Source: an uncultured Thermodesulfobacteriota bacterium
GTDB lineage: Bacteria > Desulfobacterota > GWC2-55-46 > JADFVP01
Length of the DNA stretch: 60,658 nt
NCBI GenBank assembly: GCA_964605225.1
Contig: CAZSAY010000004.1
Span: forward strand, 1-60,658
Direction of reading: 5' to 3'
The stretch's first letter is position 1; each line of letters begins with the position of its first letter. The notes under the pieces are model-generated. The model was not told the DNA's origin, did no database searches, and saw nothing but the letters and a program-made list of their open reading frames with translations. This document shows positions 1 through 8,434 of the stretch, one piece after another. Made by a program: the position numbers and the translations under genes.

Positions 1-70
1 CCTATTGGTTTTCTTTGCCAAGCTTTCTTTTTTCCAAAAGAAAGCGGAAAGAAAGTGGAAAGGTTTTTTT
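1..70 (+). repeat. Dispersed intergenic repeat, terminal hairpin module (copy A, cut by window start)
   Basis: CCTATTGGTTTTCTTTGCCAA followed by hairpin GCTTTCTTTT-TTCC-AAAAGAAAGC (22-45); the same sequence recurs at 57850 (+) and, reversed, at 49452-49510 and 60520-60575. Confidence 0.9.
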
Positions 71-71
71 C

Positions 72-1136
72 TTATGTAGCCTCTGCCGGAGGCTCGGCGT
101 GTACGCTGGAGGGCTTTTCAAGTTTTCTCGTATCCACTCCCCTCAGTCTTACCAAAAGGGCCTTCAGCGGGTGGTTCACCGTGTCCATGACGGCCGTTGG
201 TTCGTAGCCGCAGTGCACCATGCAGTCGGCGCATTTTGCGTTCCTGTCATATCCGTAGCTATCCCAATCCGTCTTCTCCATAAGTTCTTTGTAGGAGTTT
301 GCGTAGCCTTCGTTGAGGAGGTAACAGGGCATCTGCCAGCCGAATATGTTTCGCGTAGGGTTACCCCACGGCGAACACCTGTAGTCTTCGTTGCCTGCCA
401 GGAAATTGAGAAAAAGACTGCTGTGGTTGAACTTCCATCCCCTCTTCGCCCCCTCTGCCAGTAATTTTCTGAAGATGAGAACGGCGTCTTCGCGTCCAAG
501 AAAGTCTTTTTTTTCTCTGGCGTTGCCGTAGTGAAAGGCCGGTGAGAGCGTCATGCCCTCTACGCCGAGACCTGTTATGAAGTCAAAGAGGGCTATGGCC
601 TCGTCGATGGACTCTCTTCCGTAGATAGTTGTATTGGTGGTTACGCGAAAGCCTTGTTTTTTGGCGAGTCCTATGGCCTCCACGGCGCTATCAAAGACGC
701 CCTCACTGGAGACGAGTTTGTCGTGCCGGTCTTTAAGGCCATCGAGATGAACGCTGAAGGTCAGGTATGGGCTCGGCTCGAATAGCTCCATCTTGCGTTT
801 GAGGAGCAGGGCGTTGGTGCAGAGGTATACGAACTTTTTTAGCCCTACAAGTCCCTTTACGATCTCACCTATCTCAGGATGGATAAGGGGCTCGCCTCCG
901 GGTATGGATACAACCGGCGCGCCGCACTCAAGGGCCGCGTCTATACACTCATCTACGCCGAGCCTTTTTTTAAGTGTCTCGGACGGGTAATCAATCTTGC
1001 CGCATCCCGGGCATGCGAGGTTGCATTGAAAGAGGGGCTCAAGCATGAGGACCAGCGGAAAGCGTTTCTTTCTCTTTAGACACTGCCCTGTTATATAAGC
1101 GCCGATACGTACCTGTTGTATAAGCGGAACACCCAT
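72..1136 (-). CDS. hpnH: Adenosyl-hopene transferase HpnH (radical SAM)
   Basis: N-terminal FPLVLMLEPLFQCNLACPGCGKIDYP (CxxxCxxC); C-terminal KCADCMVHCGYEPTAV typical of HpnH; hopanoid gene context. Confidence 0.93.
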   Translation of the reverse strand: MGVPLIQQVRIGAYITGQCLKRKKRFPLVLMLEPLFQCNLACPGCGKIDYPSETLKKRLGVDECIDAALECGAPVVSIPGGEPLIHPEIGEIVKGLVGLKKFVYLCTNALLLKRKMELFEPSPYLTFSVHLDGLKDRHDKLVSSEGVFDSAVEAIGLAKKQGFRVTTNTTIYGRESIDEAIALFDFITGLGVEGMTLSPAFHYGNAREKKDFLGREDAVLIFRKLLAEGAKRGWKFNHSSLFLNFLAGNEDYRCSPWGNPTRNIFGWQMPCYLLNEGYANSYKELMEKTDWDSYGYDRNAKCADCMVHCGYEPTAVMDTVNHPLKALLVRLRGVDTRKLEKPSSVHAEPPAEAT

Positions 1137-1165
1137 TAATTCTCCTCTATTCCCCTCTCAAGGGT

Positions 1166-2080
1166 TTAAATCGGAAGGCTGAACTTTACGTTCTCATGAG
1201 TTACTTCAATATTTTTTAGCGTTATATCCGCCGCTATTTTGCAGAGGTATTCTATAACCTCCTGTACGAGTATCTCAGGGGCCGAGGCCCCGGCCGTAAT
1301 GGCCACGCACCGGGCGCCTTTAAGCCACTCGTCGGATATGTCTTCGGCGGAGCCTACAAGGTATGAGGGCACGCCGTACCTTGAGCCGAGCTCGCGGAGG
1401 CGGTTCGAGTTGGAGCTGTTTTTGGCGCCTACTACGATAAGGATATCCACGTCTTTTATAACGGCCTTTACGGCGTCCTGCCGGTTCTGCGTGGCGTAGC
1501 AGATATTTTTTTTCCTTGGGCCGCGTATGCCCTTGAATCGAGTCCGCAGGGCCGCCACTATTTCGGCCATATCGTCTACGCTTAGCGTGGTCTGCGTAAC
1601 AAAGGCCAGTTTATCCGGGTCTTTTACCTCAAGGGCCGCCACGTCTTCCGGTGAGGATACAATGTGCATACCTTCCTTTATCTGTCCCATGGTGCCCACT
1701 ACCTCGGGGTGTCCGGCATGTCCTATGAGTATCTGCTCACAGCCCTCCGTGGCGTTACGGCGCGCTTCTCTGTGAACCTTTGTAACAAGGGGACAGGTGG
1801 CGTCGATGACCATGAGATTACGGGACGCGCCCTCTTCCTTAACCTTTCTGGAGACGCCGTGGGCGCTGAAGATAACCACGGCGCCGTCGGGAACCTCGTT
1901 GAGTTCGTCTACGAAGATGACGCCTTTTTTCTTAAGCCCATCGACAACGTGGCGGTTGTGAACTATCTCATGGCGCACGTATATGGGCGTGCCGTACTTC
2001 TCAACGGCAAGCTCAACGGTTCGCACGGCCCGTTCCACACCGGCGCAGAAACCTCTTGGTTTTGCAAGCAGTAGGTCCAT
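1166..2080 (-). CDS. ispH: 4-hydroxy-3-methylbut-2-enyl diphosphate reductase
   Basis: [54 protein letters not shown] motifs; three Fe-S cysteines present. Confidence 0.96.
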   Translation of the reverse strand: MDLLLAKPRGFCAGVERAVRTVELAVEKYGTPIYVRHEIVHNRHVVDGLKKKGVIFVDELNEVPDGAVVIFSAHGVSRKVKEEGASRNLMVIDATCPLVTKVHREARRNATEGCEQILIGHAGHPEVVGTMGQIKEGMHIVSSPEDVAALEVKDPDKLAFVTQTTLSVDDMAEIVAALRTRFKGIRGPRKKNICYATQNRQDAVKAVIKDVDILIVVGAKNSSNSNRLRELGSRYGVPSYLVGSAEDISDEWLKGARCVAITAGASAPEILVQEVIEYLCKIAADITLKNIEVTHENVKFSLPI

Positions 2081-2100
2081 ATATATTTATTATACCTTAT

Positions 2101-3090
2101 TTAACAGTAATGGTGCCCTCGGAACCACTCCACGGCGTCGCGTAGCGCCTCGGCGGCGGGCCGCGGGCTGTATCCAAGCTTTGCCTTTGCCCTGGCGCTT
2201 GAGAAAAACATATATTTTTTGGCCATCCTTACCCCGTCTTTCGTAAGCATGGGGTTTTGGGCCTTCGTTAGCCTTGCCCACGCTTCGGCTACGTGCGCAA
2301 GGGGCATTACGATACCATGGGGTAGCCGCATCCTTGGCGCCGGCCTTCCCGTTATTTCGGCAAGTTGTTCAAGTATCCCGGCAAGGGTCATGTTATCTCC
2401 GCCAAGGATGTAGCGCTCTCCCACAACCCCCTTTTCCATGGCGAGTATATGTCCCTCGGCCACATCATCAACGTGCACAATATTGAGTCCCGTATCCACA
2501 TATGCTGGCATCTTGCCGGAGACGGCGTTGACTATGATGCGGCCCGTTGGCGTTGGTTTTATGTCGCGCGGTCCTATGGGCGTAGATGGGTTCACGATGA
2601 CGGCCCGAAGACCCTTTTCGGCGATGAGCCGCATAACCGCCTGCTCCGCGAGGAATTTGCTTCGTTTATAGTGGCCTATCATATCGCTTAGCGCCGAGGG
2701 CGTTGTCTCGTCGGCAGGGGTTCTATCGGAATTGAGCCCTATCGTGGCCACGCTACTCGTATATACGATACGGCCCACCCCGGCACTCAGGGCCTCCTCC
2801 ATGATGAACTGCGTCCCACCCTCGTTGGCCTCGTACATGGCCTTGGGGTTCGGGACCCAGAGGCGGTAGTCGGCGGCCACATGAAAGAGGGCCTCACATC
2901 CCTTCAGGGCTTTTTTAAGAGATGCCCTGTCTGTAAGGTCCCCTGTCTGCACCTCCGTGTCAAGGCCGATAATATTTGACCGGTCGCTGCCGGCGCGGAC
3001 AAGGAGACGCACTTCGCGGCCTTTTGCCAGAAGCGCCCGTACAAGGGCCGAGCCGACAAACCCCGTTGCGCCTGTAACAAGGGTACTCAT
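2101..3090 (-). CDS. hpnA: Hopanoid-associated NAD-dependent sugar epimerase/dehydratase HpnA
   Basis: TGATGFVG Rossmann motif, FHVAADYRLW, YKRSK catalytic YxxxK, NPSTPIGPRDIKPTPTG, MPAYVDTGLN. Confidence 0.9.
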   Translation of the reverse strand: MSTLVTGATGFVGSALVRALLAKGREVRLLVRAGSDRSNIIGLDTEVQTGDLTDRASLKKALKGCEALFHVAADYRLWVPNPKAMYEANEGGTQFIMEEALSAGVGRIVYTSSVATIGLNSDRTPADETTPSALSDMIGHYKRSKFLAEQAVMRLIAEKGLRAVIVNPSTPIGPRDIKPTPTGRIIVNAVSGKMPAYVDTGLNIVHVDDVAEGHILAMEKGVVGERYILGGDNMTLAGILEQLAEITGRPAPRMRLPHGIVMPLAHVAEAWARLTKAQNPMLTKDGVRMAKKYMFFSSARAKAKLGYSPRPAAEALRDAVEWFRGHHYC

Positions 3091-4154
3091 TATCTTAAGA
3101 CTTCTCTAAAACCCTTTTTATCTCCCATGGAGGAGCCATGGCCCCTGGGCCCCTGCCCTGCCTTTTTATCTTTTCCCTTAAGACCCGTGAGAAGGGCGAG
3201 GCTCGTCCGCATGGTCTTAAGAGGCTCGCCAAGGGCATGGGATACGAGTCTCGCGCAACCCAGGACGCAACCCGGCTCACAGGGCTTGTGGCGATTATTA
3301 GTACGTATATCACTGGTCGTAAAATCTTCAATGGGCATTGAAAACTCGCTGTTCTGACTGCAGAACTGCACCTTTCCGGCGCCGTTTACATAGAGGAATT
3401 TACTCCCGCCGAGGCACTTCCAGGGGCGTGAATAATCGCCCATGAGGGCCTCTTCGGCGTTACGGCGGTAAAGGTTCATGCCGGCAAAGAGTTTATGTTT
3501 TTTTAGAAGGCTAACGTATCGAGCGCCTTTTATGGCAACACGGCCTCCCGGGCCGTGAAGCAGGGAAAATCCGAAATCAAAAGGGAGCCCCTTCAGAAGG
3601 GCGCGGAAACTTTCATACTCGCCGCAGGTCTCTTTTGTGAGCACGGACTGTACCTTTACCTTGAAGCGGGCCTTTTCGGCGAGCATCTTAAGCCTTGGGA
3701 GAAGGGACTTCAGGGATTTATCGGAGCTCAAGGTGGGGCTTGCAGAGTCAACGCTTATCTGCATCATATCAAGGCCCGCCTCGTTAAGCCCCGCTACAAT
3801 CTCAGTGGTAAGGAGAAAACCGTTGGTTATGAGCGTAACGATGTTGCCACTGCCTCGTAGTCCCTTTATGTAAGAGACAAGGGGGACGATATCTCTGTGC
3901 ATCAGCGGCTCGCCGCCGAGAAGATCGTAGACCATGACGCCAAGGTCATCAAGGCGGTCAATGCGTGCCGTAAGCACAGGGAGAGGCGGAGCGGGCGCGC
4001 CCGTTGTGTATTCGTTACAGTACCCGCAGGAGAGGTTACAGTCCGTAGTGACGACTACCTGCGCGTAAAGGGCCCTTCTGTCATAGAGCCTCTTTAAGCC
4101 GCGCATGATGAAGGCAGGGCCGGGTTTGCTGGATTTTTGTCTTGCTACTCTCAT
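3090..4154 (-). CDS. Radical SAM protein of unknown function with Cys-rich (SPASM/twitch-like) C-terminus
   Basis: CNLSCGYC motif, GGEPL, LITNG; further Cys in CLGG...FCSQ...PCEPGCVLGC; stop abuts the hpnA start; start could be 4106. Confidence 0.85.
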   Translation of the reverse strand: MRVARQKSSKPGPAFIMRGLKRLYDRRALYAQVVVTTDCNLSCGYCNEYTTGAPAPPLPVLTARIDRLDDLGVMVYDLLGGEPLMHRDIVPLVSYIKGLRGSGNIVTLITNGFLLTTEIVAGLNEAGLDMMQISVDSASPTLSSDKSLKSLLPRLKMLAEKARFKVKVQSVLTKETCGEYESFRALLKGLPFDFGFSLLHGPGGRVAIKGARYVSLLKKHKLFAGMNLYRRNAEEALMGDYSRPWKCLGGSKFLYVNGAGKVQFCSQNSEFSMPIEDFTTSDIRTNNRHKPCEPGCVLGCARLVSHALGEPLKTMRTSLALLTGLKGKDKKAGQGPRGHGSSMGDKKGFREVLR

Positions 4155-4347
4155 GGATGTCCTTCTTTAAAAAAAGAGGGGTTTTATATAAAATTCGTAA
4201 GGTTACCTTAAGGTTAAATTTCTCCGTCTCCCTTATCCCGGCAAAGATGAGGTCATAAGAATTCACTTATAAAGTTTAGCACAGGCCTTTTTGGTTCGCA
4301 AATTTCAACTCAAACCTCCGGGGTCTTGAATAGTATGGAAATGCCGG

Positions 4348-5661
4348 TCAGTAGCGCTCGAAGTTGGTGGCATTTCCCGAGGCCATCTTTCTCTGCGAGA
4401 TGTTCATCACCCATGATGTTATAGCCGATAGCGAGGTGGGTAGCGGTAGACGGTGGAGTATGGATGGCCAGGAGTAAAAATCCCTGTACATTTCGCTGAT
4501 GCCCTCTGCAAGCTCATCGGGGGTGAAGTTTTTCGGGTTTACCCTCGCCGAGATTCCGGGCCAGCGGTTGAGGTTATCAGGGTCGAGGATGCGTCCCTCG
4601 GTGAGGTATTTTTTGTACACAGGTGTGCCCTTGTAGGGGCAGAAGGAGTTGAAAAAGGCCACATGCACCTTCTGAGTCTTGAGAAAATCAAGGGTAGTGC
4701 GAAAATCCTCTACGTGGTCCGTATCCCAGCCAAAGATGAGGTTGAAGCTGAAGCTGATATCAAGGTCTCGCAGGGCCATGATTACATCTTTAAGGGTTCC
4801 CGCCTTTGAGGTCTTTTTGTGCATGCCGTCAAGGGTGTCCTGTTTGATGCTCTCGATGCCGAGGTTCACATGGAGGAGTCCGCTTTTTTTCGCGAGGACC
4901 ATGAAGTCTTTCTCAAGGACGCGGTTGGCCGTCCAGAGGGCGCTCCACCGTAATTTCAGGGGGATAAGGGCCTCCATAAGCTTCATGGTGCGGCCGCGGT
5001 TACCGGAAAAGGTGCTGTCGGCGAAGAATATGCGTTTGCTTCCCGTGGCCTTTATCTCGGCGATGACCTCTTCCACGGGACGCATGCGGTATCTGGAGCC
5101 AAGGTAAAAACGTTCGGCGCAGAACTCGCATGAGAAGGGACAGCCGCGGCTTGTCTGAACGGCTACGGTATGAAAGCGCGTGAATGTGCGCGGCTCAAGT
5201 AGGTCTCTACGGGGTAGGGGAAGGTTCAGAAGGTTGTGAAACTCCTTTGCGTGGTAGGAACTCTTAAGTTTTTTAGCGCAGAGGTCCTTGAATATCTCCG
5301 GCAGTACCACCTCTCCCTCGCCAACGGCAACGGCATCGCAATGGGCGGCGGCCTCGTCACCGTAAAAAAAACAGTGAGGCCCGCCGAGTATTACGGTCAC
5401 TCCCTTTGCCCTGAACTTGTCGGCTATTTCATAGGCGCGAAGCGAATTTATGGTCCATACGGTGATGAGGACAAGGTCGGCGGGCCAGTCCATATCAAGG
5501 TCCTGCGTCCTCTCGTCCGTAAGCCTGACCTCGCTACCCTCGGGCATGAGCGCCGCGAGGTAGGCGATGGTCAGGGGCATGAGGTTGAGCTTCTTCGTCT
5601 TGAAGAGTTTCCTGCTGTGCGCGGCGGCGAAATGAGTGGGCTGTATGATGTGTATTTTCAT
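4348..5661 (-). CDS. Cobalamin-binding (class B) radical SAM protein
   Basis: N-terminal B12-binding domain (VILGGPH, GEGE), TSRGCPFSCEFC, FADSTF, GIES, IFGWDTD. Confidence 0.9.
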   Translation of the reverse strand: MKIHIIQPTHFAAAHSRKLFKTKKLNLMPLTIAYLAALMPEGSEVRLTDERTQDLDMDWPADLVLITVWTINSLRAYEIADKFRAKGVTVILGGPHCFFYGDEAAAHCDAVAVGEGEVVLPEIFKDLCAKKLKSSYHAKEFHNLLNLPLPRRDLLEPRTFTRFHTVAVQTSRGCPFSCEFCAERFYLGSRYRMRPVEEVIAEIKATGSKRIFFADSTFSGNRGRTMKLMEALIPLKLRWSALWTANRVLEKDFMVLAKKSGLLHVNLGIESIKQDTLDGMHKKTSKAGTLKDVIMALRDLDISFSFNLIFGWDTDHVEDFRTTLDFLKTQKVHVAFFNSFCPYKGTPVYKKYLTEGRILDPDNLNRWPGISARVNPKNFTPDELAEGISEMYRDFYSWPSILHRLPLPTSLSAITSWVMNISQRKMASGNATNFERY

Positions 5662-5789
5662 AATGAGTTTATCTGAGAGTCTTCCGAATAGAGGGCAGGT
5701 TTTTTATAATAGCGCTTTATTTAAAGGTAGCATCTGCTTTCCCGGCTGTCAAGGAGGTACCCCTAAGGATAGAGAAGGCGGCGCTTTTT

Positions 5790-6836
5790 TTAAGGGTCAG
5801 GTGTTTTTTTATAAATGAGGGCAAGCATTACTCCCGTAAGTATCATGAGGAGCTCTCTACCCCTTCTTATAAGGCTCATGGCAAAGCCTGTCTCGGGGCC
5901 CATGCCCATGAGTACGGCGATGGCCGCTTTGCCTGTCTCCTGCGTACCCATGCCCGCAGGTACGGGAATTATGGCGGCTACGATGATGGTGGCGCACTCG
6001 AAGAGCCCGGCGCCGGTAATGCCGAGATCAACACCATTCGTGCCGATTACATGGGAGATGGCCATCCATTCAAGGGCCGCTGTAAACCACATGCCCATGT
6101 AGCAGGCATAGGCCGCCATGGCCCGTCCCGGGGCCCCTTTTATCTCCTTTGAGGCCGCGACATCAATATGGAGAAAACGGCGAAGCCCCCGTAGCCGTCT
6201 CGGCACGCGGAACCTTACGCGGTAATAGCCGCCAAGGAGCTGACGCCCCACCTGACTCCAGAGCACGATTAGCCATAGAAAGACGGTCATGGCCACCATG
6301 AGGCAGGCCATGGTGATAAAGGTCGCTCGCCATGAGGGGCCGCCTATGCCATGGAGGGCGGCGCTCAGGAAGACAAAGGCCCCAAAGGGTCCAACGGCGG
6401 CAACGTGCAGGAACTTTGCCGCCGCAAGGGCCATGAAGGCGGAGTTTTTGCCCTCTCCCCTGCCTAAGGCTATGAGTTTGTAAGGTTCTCCGCCTATGCC
6501 GCCCGTTGGCATGGCGTAGTTGAGTACCTCGCCTATGTAGCGCGTCCGTGTAAGGCTCAAGATGGTAGTGTTCTGCCAGCCCGCTGAGCCGCGTCTTGTG
6601 CCCAGGAGCCAGAGAGCGAAGGTGCCGAGGCACTGCTGAAGCGCATAGGCCCCCACTACGAAGATAAAGCCCGGCCACCAGCCGCCGGAGAGCTCCTTCC
6701 AGACCTCACCGGGCCCGAGATGCCAGACAAGGTAGATGGCGAGAAGCAGTCCTCCTGCTATGAGAAGGGGCTTTAGAGCGCGGCTTTTTTCCCTGCCCTT
6801 ATCCTTAAGAGTATTACGAGAATCGAGTATATCCAT
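5790..6836 (-). CDS. Lysylphosphatidylglycerol-synthase TM / flippase-like membrane protein (HpnL-like)
   Basis: Multiple hydrophobic segments, GEVLNYAMPTGGIGGEPYK and PVPAGMGTQE...RRGREL motifs of the UPF0104/LPG-synthase TM family; start position uncertain (64-nt overlap with upstream gene). Confidence 0.75.
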   Translation of the reverse strand: MDILDSRNTLKDKGREKSRALKPLLIAGGLLLAIYLVWHLGPGEVWKELSGGWWPGFIFVVGAYALQQCLGTFALWLLGTRRGSAGWQNTTILSLTRTRYIGEVLNYAMPTGGIGGEPYKLIALGRGEGKNSAFMALAAAKFLHVAAVGPFGAFVFLSAALHGIGGPSWRATFITMACLMVAMTVFLWLIVLWSQVGRQLLGGYYRVRFRVPRRLRGLRRFLHIDVAASKEIKGAPGRAMAAYACYMGMWFTAALEWMAISHVIGTNGVDLGITGAGLFECATIIVAAIIPVPAGMGTQETGKAAIAVLMGMGPETGFAMSLIRRGRELLMILTGVMLALIYKKTPDP

Positions 6837-8161
6837 GTACCGATAGTCACTATCCAGAGAAAACCGCCGAGCCAGTCCAGTATGGCAAGGGGAAAGAGGA
6901 GGTAGGAAAAATCACGGCTCGTAAGGGCCTCCACTACCTTTTTAAGGGACCCGTCCGCGGACCCCCGCTCTTTTCTGTACTTATAGGGCCTTAAGAGGGG
7001 AGAGACGGCGATGACGCTGGCCAGGACCCCTAAAACAGCGAATATGGCCAGCGCGTTCCATGGGCCGGGCACGCCGCCGGCCTTCTGACCCATGGCGATG
7101 CCGGAGAATATGGCGATATGCGCGGCGTTGTCAGCAATCATATCATACCAGAAGCCAAGGGGCGTTGCCTTTAATAAAAGCCTGGCGAGCTCGCCGTCAA
7201 CGCCGTCTATGATGGAATGAATCTGAAAGAGCGCGGCCCCGAGAAGCCCCCATGCAGGGGCGTTGCCCCTTGAAAAGGCAAGCCCCGCCAGGAGTCCCAC
7301 GGCGAGGGTAAAGGTAGTGACCATGTTGGGCGTTACACCGAAGCGCCAGATACGGGTGCTGATAAAGAGGCTCACCCTGCGGTTAACGTGCCGGGCCATG
7401 AAACCATCGGCTGGTTTTACAAGCGAGGCGTAGAGTTTTTTTTCGGCCTCACTGATGTCCCCGGCAGTGTCTACATCCTGCCAGTATCCGCCCCTTATGT
7501 TTTGGGCCTTGAGTTTTCTTTTTTCCCCGAGCACGCGCATTATATCCGATATGCCGGGGGCCTGCCCCGCCTTTTGGGCGGCCTTTCTGACCAGCTCCGG
7601 GTTTAGGACGAACATGCCCGTATCAATGGCATCGTACCCGGTGAGGTCTTTTCCTATGGCGGAGATAAACCCGTGCTCTACCTTTACAAGGGTGGCGTCA
7701 TCAAGGTCGCCGTTGAATGTGTTCTTTTCCTCTACCACAAGCCTGGGCACGCCGTCGCTCTTGAATTCATCGATGGTCTCCTCCAATCGTCGGGGGCTGA
7801 AGAGGTGGTCTGACATCAAGAGGGCGAAGGGCTCATGAAGTCCATCAATACCGGCGAGGAGGCTTACTCCGTTTGGTTCAGTGTAACGCCGATTTTCTAT
7901 AAGGGTAAGTTGGCATCCCCCCGGGGTAAGCCCCGGCAGACGGGCGCGCATGACCTCGGCCTCATGTCCGATTACTATGATAAAATGTGTGATACCGGCC
8001 TTTGCCGCCGAGTCCATGACGCGGGATATCAGGGAGACTCCCACAAGGGGCAGGAGGGGCTTGGGCAGGGTTTTGCCGTGCATGCGGGTCCCCATGCCGG
8101 CCGCTACTATAACGGCCGCTCTTACCCCTGTTGAGGATACGTTTTTTTCGCTTCTTTTCAT
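6773..8161 (-). CDS. Bifunctional nucleotidyltransferase / CDP-alcohol phosphotransferase (IPCT/DIPPS-like architecture)
   Basis: N-terminal AAGMGTRM...PKPLL NTP-transferase motif; C-terminal DGVDGELAR-x8-G-x3-D-x3-D CDP-alcohol phosphotransferase signature with TM helices. Confidence 0.88.
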   Translation of the reverse strand: MKRSEKNVSSTGVRAAVIVAAGMGTRMHGKTLPKPLLPLVGVSLISRVMDSAAKAGITHFIIVIGHEAEVMRARLPGLTPGGCQLTLIENRRYTEPNGVSLLAGIDGLHEPFALLMSDHLFSPRRLEETIDEFKSDGVPRLVVEEKNTFNGDLDDATLVKVEHGFISAIGKDLTGYDAIDTGMFVLNPELVRKAAQKAGQAPGISDIMRVLGEKRKLKAQNIRGGYWQDVDTAGDISEAEKKLYASLVKPADGFMARHVNRRVSLFISTRIWRFGVTPNMVTTFTLAVGLLAGLAFSRGNAPAWGLLGAALFQIHSIIDGVDGELARLLLKATPLGFWYDMIADNAAHIAIFSGIAMGQKAGGVPGPWNALAIFAVLGVLASVIAVSPLLRPYKYRKERGSADGSLKKVVEALTSRDFSYLLFPLAILDWLGGFLWIVTIGTWIYSILVILLRIRAGKKAAL

Positions 8162-8434
8162 ATAAAAAGCCCGTTTATTGCAGAGATGGCTTGTATTTCA
8201 TGCCTTGCTGTAGCAATATGTCTTCCTGTAGTATCTCTCTATTAAGGCGATACTCGTTTACGGGTGTTGTTTATTAGAGGCGGTCTGTCTTTTATGTAAA
8301 TTAAGATAATAAGACCTCGGGGCGTTGCCGCGGAAAAGATATCATAGACACTTGTAAAAGACAACCTGAAGAGGCTTTACCATAGGGGGTCTTACTCTAA
8401 GGCCCACAATAACCGGGTAAATGGGAATATTATA

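Noticed and set aside
15-464. 149-aa ORF on the plus strand
   Set aside because: It starts inside the repeat, its N-terminus is translated repeat (SFLFSKRKR), and the rest is antisense to hpnH.
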